NCBI GenBank assembly: GCA_050115495.1
Contig: JASFQK010000051.1
Coordinates: forward strand, 1-37,273
Source: Phycisphaerae bacterium
Lineage (GTDB): Bacteria > Planctomycetota > Phycisphaerae > UBA1845 > Fen-1342
Direction: 5' to 3'
Length of the DNA stretch: 37,273 nucleotides
The notes under the pieces are model-generated. The model saw nothing but the letters and a program-made list of their open reading frames with translations, was not told the origin of the DNA and searched no databases. A program made the position numbers and the translations under genes. Positions 1 to 6,458 of the stretch are shown here, piece after piece. The stretch's first letter is position 1. Each line of letters starts with the position of its first letter.

Positions 1-95
1 TGAACATCGGCGAGTCCTCCTGACTAAGTCTTGCTCAATAACCAACTTAGATCAGCGAGGACTCTATTCTGTCAAGACCAAGGTTAGTACCATTG
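1..95 (-). mobile_element. IS left end (IS4-family-like) with the transposase start codon, truncated by the window edge
   Basis: 1-98 is the exact reverse complement of 37147-37244. The minus strand reads CAATGGTACT...AGGAGG-N8-ATG TTC. It is AT-rich relative to the flanks. The family call is inferred from the CAAT terminus only. Confidence 0.75.
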
Positions 96-112
96 GGCAT
101 GGCCCGCCCTAC
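96..112 (-). repeat. GTAG-type REP-like palindrome truncated by the IS insertion
   Basis: The minus strand reads GTAG-GGCGGGCCATGCC|IS, matching intact copies at 787-807, 831-851, 2291-2311 and 2859-2878. Confidence 0.7.
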
Positions 113-115
113 CGC

Positions 116-373
116 CTACTTCTTCTGCGTCCGTTTCGCCTTCGGCTTGGGCGGGTCGGGGATGATCTCGACTAAGTCACCGAATGTGACATCCAACCCG
201 AGGCAAATCTTCTCAAGCGTGTTGACCGTCGCGTTGTAACCGAGTCGCTTGCCGATGACCTCCAATGTGCCCTTCGCAACACCAGTACGCTCGGCCAGAA
301 TCTGGTACGTCATGCGCTGACCGGTCCGCCGTTTGTAGGCCTGCATCGCCTCTCGGAGCTTTATGGCGACCAT
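116..373 (-). CDS. Cro/C1-type (HTH_26/XRE-like) transcriptional regulator, module 1
   Basis: 85 aa with the HTH pattern MTYQILAERTGVAKGTL...TLEKICLGLDVTFGDLVE and a basic tail. Paralog of 848-1120. Confidence 0.85.
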   Translation of the reverse strand: MVAIKLREAMQAYKRRTGQRMTYQILAERTGVAKGTLEVIGKRLGYNATVNTLEKICLGLDVTFGDLVEIIPDPPKPKAKRTQKK

Positions 374-443
374 GACACGGGCTCCACGGACCCTGAAAAG
401 GGCTCAATGACACCATAAATGGTACCCAGAAGCCCCGTTTCGC

Positions 444-472
444 TTGACCGCTTACGAAACACATGCTATCTT
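444..472 (+). promoter_or_regulatory. sigma70-type promoter divergent from HTH1
   Basis: TTGACC (444-449), 17 bp spacer, TATCTT (467-472), with an extended -10 TG. Confidence 0.6.
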
Positions 473-532
473 AATGGCAGTCTTGAATGTTCGCTATGGC
501 AGCCCCCGCAACCCGCTGCCAGGTTACTACTT

Positions 533-595
533 GGATTCGTCTCAGCAGGCAACCGTCAAACCTCAGTCTCAGCGGTGCGGCCGCGTGGCGATACC
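533..595 (+). ncRNA. putative C4/CI-like antisense RNA, module 1 (imperfect)
   Basis: GGCAACCGTCA (548-558) pairs with 675-686 (one bulge, G-U pairs). CGGCCGC (578-584) pairs with 668-674 (one mismatch). Weak closing stem 533-541/587-595. Confidence 0.4.
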
Positions 596-610
596 GTTGT
601 GACGTCTGAT

Positions 611-788
611 CCGGGTGAGTGTCCGCGCTTATCATGCGGGCGCTACCCGGTGCGCGGAGTCGTGTGGGCGACCGTGACGGGTTGTTCACGGCTCTTAGCG
701 CATCGGGTGGCGCCCGTTTCCTTTTGGTGCCATCAGCTTTCGACGTTTCGCCGTCTCCAACGGCGTCGCCACCCCTGCGCGCGAATGT
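611..788 (+). repeat. conserved structured RNA-like element, copy 1 (variable loop 665-686)
   Basis: Direct repeat of 1373-1548 with about 4 substitutions outside the loop. Stems are rich in G-U pairs on the + strand. Confidence 0.9.
637..725 (+). terminator. long terminator-like hairpin with a competing antiterminator stem, copy 1
   Basis: 19-bp stem 637-655/698-716 followed by TTTCCTTTT. A mutually exclusive stem forms between 611-626 and 636-650. Confidence 0.55.
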
Positions 789-851
789 GGGGCGGGCCGT
801 TCCCGCCAATTCCCCCGGTCCACATCCACCGGCGGGCGCGGCCCGCCCTAC
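787..851. repeat. inverted REP doublet (REPIN-like)
   Basis: GTGG-GGCGGGCCGTTCCCGCC (787-807) and inverted GTAG-GGCGGGCCGCGCCCGCC (851-831). The GTAG overlaps the HTH2 stop codon. Confidence 0.7.
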
Positions 852-1120
852 TTCTTCTTCTGCGCGCGTTTTGGCTTCGACTTGGGCTTGGGCGGCTCAT
901 CGATCAGTTCCAGCATGTCACCAGGGGAGGCGTCAAGCGCTTTGCAGATCCTGGCGAGGGTTGCGAGACTCGCATTGTAGTGCGGCCGGCTACCCATGTT
1001 CTGGAGCGTGCCAACTGCCAACCCGGTGCGTTGGGCCAGAATCTCGTACGTCATTCGTTCGCCCGTACGGCGCTTGTAGGCAAGCATGGCTTCTCGGAGC
1101 TTCACGATGATCTGTGCCAT
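848..1120 (-). CDS. Cro/C1-type (HTH_26/XRE-like) transcriptional regulator, module 2
   Basis: 90 aa, MTYEILAQRTGLAVGTL...TLARICKALDASPGDMLE. Clearly homologous to 116-373. Confidence 0.85.
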   Translation of the reverse strand: MAQIIVKLREAMLAYKRRTGERMTYEILAQRTGLAVGTLQNMGSRPHYNASLATLARICKALDASPGDMLELIDEPPKPKSKPKRAQKKK

Positions 1121-1125
1121 AATGC

Positions 1126-1145
1126 AGTCAATTAGAAACTTGACT
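1126..1145. promoter_or_regulatory. candidate operator palindrome
   Basis: AGTCAA-N8-TTGACT between the HTH2 start and the divergent promoter. TCAATTAG occurs twice nearby. Confidence 0.4.
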
Positions 1146-1163
1146 TTCTCAATTAGGTTTATC

Positions 1164-1191
1164 TTGACAACGTCAGAGTACAGGGTATACT
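1164..1191 (+). promoter_or_regulatory. near-consensus sigma70 promoter divergent from HTH2
   Basis: TTGACA (1164-1169), 16 bp spacer, TATACT (1186-1191). Confidence 0.75.
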
Positions 1192-1293
1192 ACCAACGTT
1201 GCTGTTCAGTGGCCAGACTGAAGACAGCCCTGAACGGGATACCGGGATGAGCAGAGTGACCATCTGACGGGTGCGTGCTGCGTCCGAGAACGT

Positions 1294-1365
1294 TGCCCTG
1301 GCAGGCAAACCGCTAGGCTGGTCGGGTTGTATGTCCCGACCAGCAATGCCACCGAAGCCAAGGCA
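1294..1365 (+). ncRNA. putative C4/CI-like antisense RNA, module 2
   Basis: Outer stem 1294-1302/1357-1365 and a perfect 10-bp inner hairpin 1317-1326/1335-1344. The two single-stranded arms, 1304-1316 and 1348-1354, together pair with all 20 nt of 1427-1446. Confidence 0.65.
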
Positions 1366-1372
1366 TCCTCGC

Positions 1373-1548
1373 CCGGGTGAGTGTCCGCGCTTATCATGCG
1401 GGCGCTACCCGGTGCGCGGGGTCGTGCGGTGGCTTAGCGGTTTGCCCACGGCTCTTAGCGCATCGGGTGGCGCCCGTTTCCTTTTGGTGCCATCAGCTTC
1501 CAACGTTTCGCCGTCTCCAACGGCGTCACCACCCCTGCGCGCGAATGT
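1373..1548 (+). repeat. conserved structured RNA-like element, copy 2 (variable loop 1427-1446)
   Basis: Direct repeat of 611-788. Confidence 0.9.
1399..1485 (+). terminator. long terminator-like hairpin with a competing antiterminator stem, copy 2
   Basis: 19-bp stem 1399-1417/1458-1476 followed by TTTCCTTTT, upstream of ORF 1621. Confidence 0.55.
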
Positions 1549-1620
1549 CGGGCGGTTTCCTCGCGCGGGCCACGCCGGTCCGACGGACTACAGCCTGTAT
1601 CCAACGAGGGAAGAACGACG

Positions 1621-2217
1621 ATGCTGCAGCCCATCATCACGCACGAGGACGATCGGACGACGTACATCGGCGACCAGGTCCGCTTCACCGATCGACCCAC
1701 CGACGTCTTCCGCTGCCGCATGCAGCAACTCGAAGACATCCACCGCTGGCTCGCCGGCTACTTCCAGGCCGTCGCCATCCTGCTCCAGATCCCCGGCGCC
1801 GCCGACTACCGCCACCAGGACTACGCCAGCGACGACGACCTCTGGGATCTCATCTGGAACCCCGATCCCGACAGCACGCTCAACGTTCTCGCCGCCACGC
1901 TCGAACGCCTCGACGCTGGCGAACTCCTGGCACAGGTTCCCGGCGGCGACGGCTTCAAACGCCGCCCGCTGCCGGTCGAGGCCCGCGTTCACCTCGCTGA
2001 ACGCGACCGCCTGGGTCTGCTCAACGTCGTTGCCGATTGTCTGGACCGCCTGTTGGTCGCGCCGCATATCCCCGGCGAAGCGGAAGCCTGCGGCCTGACG
2101 ACCGAGGACGACCCGCAGCCCACAGGCCGACCCAAGCCCGCCGAATCCCGTGCACCACGCCGGACGCGTTCTGCTCGCCAAAGCGACGTCCGTCGCAGCA
2201 AAGGACAAATACGATGA
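1621..2217 (+). CDS. hypothetical protein
   Basis: 198 aa, GAGGG RBS, host-like codon usage. Contains LNVLAATLERL and LNVVADCLDRLL motifs. Confidence 0.7.
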   Translation: MLQPIITHEDDRTTYIGDQVRFTDRPTDVFRCRMQQLEDIHRWLAGYFQAVAILLQIPGAADYRHQDYASDDDLWDLIWNPDPDSTLNVLAATLERLDAGELLAQVPGGDGFKRRPLPVEARVHLAERDRLGLLNVVADCLDRLLVAPHIPGEAEACGLTTEDDPQPTGRPKPAESRAPRRTRSARQSDVRRSKGQIR

Positions 2218-2243
2218 CAACCAGTCGCAACGGCGAAAACAGC

Positions 2244-2311
2244 GCAGGGCGAGCCGTGCCCGCCAATCGCGAATCCGTCCGAACGCATCCGACGGGCACG
2301 GCCCGCCCCAC
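2244..2311. repeat. inverted REP doublet (REPIN-like)
   Basis: GCAG-GGCGAGCCGTGCCCGCC (2244-2264) and inverted GTGG-GGCGGGCCGTGCCCGTC (2311-2291). Confidence 0.7.
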
Positions 2312-2385
2312 CGCCTTCAACGGAACTCACCTACCGGCGTCGCGGCCGGCGAAACCCATAGTCCGATGCGAAAGGAGATCGCAAG

Positions 2386-2802
2386 ATGTTTGACGAACAC
2401 ACCCGGAACTACCTGACCACGATGGCGTTCTTCCAGCGACTGCCGGCCGTCCAGATGCAGGGCATCGGCGGCGAGGACGACGAAACGGTGCCGCAGCCGG
2501 CGGCCGACCTCATCCGAGACTGGCGGCGGATGCAGCACCGGAACCTGCCAACGGCCGTGCAGGAGGAACTGGTCCGCTGCGACGACAACACGCTGTTCAA
2601 CGTCGTGGGCCACTGCTTCGACATTCTGCTCCGGCGGATCGTGCCGAAGTACGACTTGCACCGCCAGCGCCGCCGGGAGCAGAAGGCCCGACGGCAGGAG
2701 CGAGCGGGCGCAACGCGCACCAGTGCCCTGGCGACGGCCTTGAGCGGTGCGACCGAGCAGCCCGCCGGATCCGAACCGGCCCTCGCGCCAACCCCGACCT
2801 GA
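2386..2802 (+). CDS. hypothetical protein
   Basis: 138 aa, strong AAGGAG RBS. The motif FNVVGHCFDILL resembles the one in ORF 1621. Confidence 0.7.
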   Translation: MFDEHTRNYLTTMAFFQRLPAVQMQGIGGEDDETVPQPAADLIRDWRRMQHRNLPTAVQEELVRCDDNTLFNVVGHCFDILLRRIVPKYDLHRQRRREQKARRQERAGATRTSALATALSGATEQPAGSEPALAPTPT

Positions 2803-2823
2803 TCCCCCGGATCGCCGAACCCA

Positions 2824-2878
2824 GGCGGGCCGTGCCCAACAGCACCAACGACAAGCCAGCGGGCACGGTCCGCCCTAC
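2824..2878. repeat. inverted REP doublet (REPIN-like)
   Basis: GGCGGGCCGTGCCC (2824-2837) and inverted GTAG-GGCGGACCGTGCCCGC (2878-2859). Confidence 0.65.
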
Positions 2879-3026
2879 CAGTCTCGCGCGGTTCCTGACA
2901 CCCGCCAGGATCTACGGGCCCACAGCGTGTCTCTTTCCTCAGACGAGCACCGCCGGTTTGACACACGAGACCATGCGGCTATCGTGGCCGCACGTGCGCT
3001 CGGCAACCCGCATCAGCGCTGTCCGA

Positions 3027-3114
3027 GGTTGAGAAACGGGACTGGCTTCGAGCTCGAAGACCCCGACGACCTCGGCAACCGCGCGACGCGAGGTGCCCGT
3101 CCCCTTTCTCAACC
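3027..3114. repeat. MITE-like miniature inverted-repeat element
   Basis: Terminal inverted repeat GGTTGAGAAAcGGGACtGGC ... GCCcGTCCCcTTTCTCAACC around a short non-coding core. Confidence 0.55.
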
Positions 3115-3138
3115 GAGCGCCGCTGGCCGGAGAGAACA

Positions 3139-5247
3139 TTGGAGCTGTACGGCCTGCACGTGGTGGACGTCGGCGTACTCGCCCTGTACGTCGTCGTCAT
3201 CCTCTGGATCGGCCGCCACATCGGCCGCCGCACGCGCAGCACCGACGACTTCTACATCGCCGGCCGCCGCCTCGGCCGCTTCTACCAGTTCTTCCTCAAC
3301 TTCGGCAACTCGACCAACGCCGACCAGGCCGTCGCCGTCTCCCGCGAGATCTACCGCCAGGGCATCGGCGGCATGTGGATCCAATACATCGTTCTGTTCA
3401 TCACGCCCTTCTACTGGATCACCACGTTCCTCTTCCGCCGCTGCCGCCTGATCACCATCGGCGACTACTTCACCGAACGCTTCCGCAGCCCCTTTCTCGG
3501 CGGCGCCTTCGCCGTCTTCACGCTGGCCATGGCCTTCCTCGGCGGCGGTGTGAGCTACATGGTCGCCGGTAAGATGATGATGGCCCTCACGCCGAAGCCG
3601 GAATCCGCGTACACGGCGGAGGAACGGGCCGCCGTCGAGCAATACCGCGAATACCAGGCGCTCAAGGACCGGCTGCCGGCCGGCCTGGCCCCTGCCGAGC
3701 AGCAGCGCTACGACGAGCTGCGCGAACGCGAGAAGCGCGGCGAGCTCCGCTCGTTCATCTCCTACCTCTCCGCGTCCACGTTCTACATCGCCTTCGCCAT
3801 CATCGTCGCCAGCTACACCGTGCTCGGCGGCTTCACGGCCGCGGCCATCACCGACGCCATCCAGGGCTTCCTCATCATCACCTTCTCCGTGCTGTTCATC
3901 CCCATCGGCCTGCGCCACGTCGGCGGCTTCTCCGGTCTGCACGCCCGCGTCCCCGACTACATGTTCGAGCTCTTCGGCTCGGCGGCCACCAGCGAGTACG
4001 CCTGGTACACGATCGCCGCCATGGGCCTGGCCAACCTCGTCTCCATCATCGCCTCCGGCCCCATGATGGCCACCGCCGGCTCGGCCAAGGACGAGATGAC
4101 CGCCCGCGTCGGCATGATCAGCGGCATGTTCGGCAAACGCATTCTCATGCTCTTCTGGGCCCTCGCCGGCCTGCTGGCCATCGGCCTCTACGGCGACCAG
4201 CTCCACGACCCCGACCTCATCTGGGGCTACATGACCCACAACCTCCTCTGCCCCGGCGCCATCGGCCTCATGCTCGCCGGCGTCCTCGCCGCCAACATGT
4301 CCTCGCTCGACGCCCTCTCCGTCACCAACTCGGCCCTCTTCATCCGCAACATCTATCAGCCCCTCGTCCCCGGCCGCTCCGATCAGCACTACATCAACGT
4401 CGGCCGCCTCGTCATCGTCTTCATCCTCCTCGGCGGCATCGCCACCGCGTTGTTCATCAACAACATGCTCGACCTCTTCAAGTACTTCATCTCCATCCCC
4501 GCCATCTTCGGCGCCGCCATCTGGCTCGGCTTCATCTGGCGCCGCCTGACCAAGTGGGCCGTCATCATCCAGGTCCTCGCCTGCTTCCTCCTTTATGCGG
4601 TCATCCCGAACGCGTTCCAGGCCTTCGACGCCACGCGCCGCTGCCCGCGCTTCCTGCTCGAAACCGAACAGCGTGAGGTCACCATCGCCACCGCCGCCCT
4701 CGAGGATGACGTCGCCGCCGGCCGCGCCGACCATGTTGGCCAGACCATCCCCCGCCCGCACAGAATCGAGCCTTGTGGCATCTTCTTCGACAAGGTCGTG
4801 CGCACCGACCCCACCGACCCCAACTCGCCGAAGATCGGCCAGGGCCGCTTTCACACCGAGCTCTGGCTGATCAGCGCCTGCGGCGGCGATCTCACTCGTT
4901 GCAGCAAGGCGCAGCTCGTCGCCCTGCGTTTTGGCGTCGACGCGCTCCTGCCGTTCGTGCTGCTCTTCCTGCTCAGCGCCGTGACCCGCCCCGTCCCCCG
5001 CGGCGACCTCGACCGCTTCTTCGCCCGTCAGCACACCTCGGTACAGCCCACACCCGAAGCCGACCAGCAAGCCGTCGCCGACGCCGTGGCCAACCCCGAG
5101 ATCGTCGCGGTGAAGAAGATCTGGCCGCGTTCGAGCTGGGAGATCCTCCGCCCCGGATGGATCGACGTGATCGGCTTCGGCGGAAGCTGCCTGCTGGTCG
5201 TCGTCGTGATCTTCCTGCTCTGCGGCCTGGTCACGCTCGGCCGCTGA
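3139..5247 (+). CDS. sodium:solute symporter (SSS/SLC5) family protein
   Basis: DDFYIAGRRLG, YTVLGGFTAAAITDAIQG and LAANMSSLDA motifs; many transmembrane helices; TTG start after GGAGAG. Confidence 0.92.
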   Translation: MELYGLHVVDVGVLALYVVVILWIGRHIGRRTRSTDDFYIAGRRLGRFYQFFLNFGNSTNADQAVAVSREIYRQGIGGMWIQYIVLFITPFYWITTFLFRRCRLITIGDYFTERFRSPFLGGAFAVFTLAMAFLGGGVSYMVAGKMMMALTPKPESAYTAEERAAVEQYREYQALKDRLPAGLAPAEQQRYDELREREKRGELRSFISYLSASTFYIAFAIIVASYTVLGGFTAAAITDAIQGFLIITFSVLFIPIGLRHVGGFSGLHARVPDYMFELFGSAATSEYAWYTIAAMGLANLVSIIASGPMMATAGSAKDEMTARVGMISGMFGKRILMLFWALAGLLAIGLYGDQLHDPDLIWGYMTHNLLCPGAIGLMLAGVLAANMSSLDALSVTNSALFIRNIYQPLVPGRSDQHYINVGRLVIVFILLGGIATALFINNMLDLFKYFISIPAIFGAAIWLGFIWRRLTKWAVIIQVLACFLLYAVIPNAFQAFDATRRCPRFLLETEQREVTIATAALEDDVAAGRADHVGQTIPRPHRIEPCGIFFDKVVRTDPTDPNSPKIGQGRFHTELWLISACGGDLTRCSKAQLVALRFGVDALLPFVLLFLLSAVTRPVPRGDLDRFFARQHTSVQPTPEADQQAVADAVANPEIVAVKKIWPRSSWEILRPGWIDVIGFGGSCLLVVVVIFLLCGLVTLGR

Positions 5248-6457
5248 CCCCGCCCGGATAGCAGACGTACCCGTTCAGATCCACCGCCGTCCCACCCCGC
5301 GCCCACGACAGCCCCAGTTCCGCCGGCAACGCCGCCTCGTCGTAACACTTGCGCAGCGCCTCCGCCAGCCCCTCCACCCACACCAGCCGCGCCGCCCCCG
5401 GCACCCGTTCCCGCACCATCGCCGCCGGAAACACTGCCGGCTCCCCCGCCGAATCCTGCGCCCCGTTGACACTGAGCGTTTGCGCGCCAGCCGCCGCCAA
5501 TTGGCAACAGGGCGCCGCACCGCCCGCCACCGCCGCCACGCAATCCCACAGCTTCTGCGTCTGGGGTGTATCGTCCGGCGATCCGTACTCCCGCCGCGTC
5601 CCGTCCTCCAACTCGGCCACGATCGGCGACGATCCGCCCTCAAACGTCACGTACGCCCGCTCGAACTCGCCGCAGAAGATCGGGTCCTGCACGTCGGCGA
5701 CCGCATGCGAGCCGTAGAACAGAATCTCCGCCCCCTCCGCCGTCTCCACCCGCACCGCCGCCGTATCACAATTCTCAATATCATTCGCGCGGTACAGCTC
5801 GGCGGTGACGCGTACCGGCCGCGCACTCGCCTCTACCCGCGACCCGAGCACGTACAGCGCATTGTGCAGATCGTGCGCCATCGCGTTGTTCACGGGGCTA
5901 TCGAGCACCCAATGCCCCCGCCCGTCGCTCTTTCGCCCGGCCCAGTCGTTCCGCCCGTAATACGCCTCATCCCGCGGCCACAGGCACAACGTCCGCCACC
6001 GCCGCGCCCGCCCGAAAACACCGGCGATGACGTCCCGCTTCAACTCCTGAATCGCCCGCGAATACGACCACTGGTACCCGATCGCCACCCAACGCCCGCT
6101 CCGATCGGCGGCCGCCGCCATCTCCGCCACTTCCTGCACCGTCGCCGCCGCCGGCTTCTCGCACAGCACGTAGCTCCCGTGGTGGAGCGCCAGACACGTC
6201 TGCGGGCCATGCTGATGAATCGGCGACGAAATCACCGCCAGGTCCGCCCGCTGCTGGCGATAGAACTCCTCCAGCGTCGCGTACACCGGCACGCGCCGCG
6301 CCCGCAGCTCCTCCAGTCGCCCGCAACGCTCCGGCTCCGGATCAACCGCTCCGACCAGCCGCTGTGTCGGCCGCCCCTGCTCATCTAGCAATCCGCCGAG
6401 ATACACCTCGCCGTAGCCACCCAACCCGACCAGCACGATGGAAACCGCTTCGCTCAT
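5231..6457 (-). CDS. Gfo/Idh/MocA family oxidoreductase
   Basis: N-terminal GLGGYG Rossmann motif, VLCEKP, AHDLH. Confidence 0.92.
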   Translation of the reverse strand: MSEAVSIVLVGLGGYGEVYLGGLLDEQGRPTQRLVGAVDPEPERCGRLEELRARRVPVYATLEEFYRQQRADLAVISSPIHQHGPQTCLALHHGSYVLCEKPAAATVQEVAEMAAAADRSGRWVAIGYQWSYSRAIQELKRDVIAGVFGRARRWRTLCLWPRDEAYYGRNDWAGRKSDGRGHWVLDSPVNNAMAHDLHNALYVLGSRVEASARPVRVTAELYRANDIENCDTAAVRVETAEGAEILFYGSHAVADVQDPIFCGEFERAYVTFEGGSSPIVAELEDGTRREYGSPDDTPQTQKLWDCVAAVAGGAAPCCQLAAAGAQTLSVNGAQDSAGEPAVFPAAMVRERVPGAARLVWVEGLAEALRKCYDEAALPAELGLSWARGGTAVDLNGYVCYPGGVSGRA

Positions 6458-6458
6458 G

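Noticed and set aside
689..697. CGGCTCTTA resembling lambda nut boxA
   Set aside because: The match is short, lies within a predicted stem, and has no supporting antitermination gene.
611..788. TnpB/IscB omega-RNA, IS110 bridge RNA or a known riboswitch
   Set aside because: No RuvC/HNH nuclease or recombinase is adjacent, I recognised no aptamer consensus, and the loop is explained by complementarity in cis. An Rfam search is still needed.
419..1135. Plus-strand ORFs (419-1135, 619-1110, 1271-2098, 1377-2000) spanning the conserved element
   Set aside because: The two copies differ by a 2-nt indel in the loop, so no reading frame is conserved. They lack an RBS and overlap better-supported genes.
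611..1548. CRISPR array interpretation of the repeat with a variable segment
   Set aside because: There are only two copies of ~177 bp, separated by a gene, and no cas genes are present.
2214..2393. Small ORF MTTSRNGEN... coupled to the ORF 1621 stop codon (ATGA, AAAGGA RBS)
   Set aside because: It is largely composed of the REP doublet and has no protein-like signature. Possible but unsupported.
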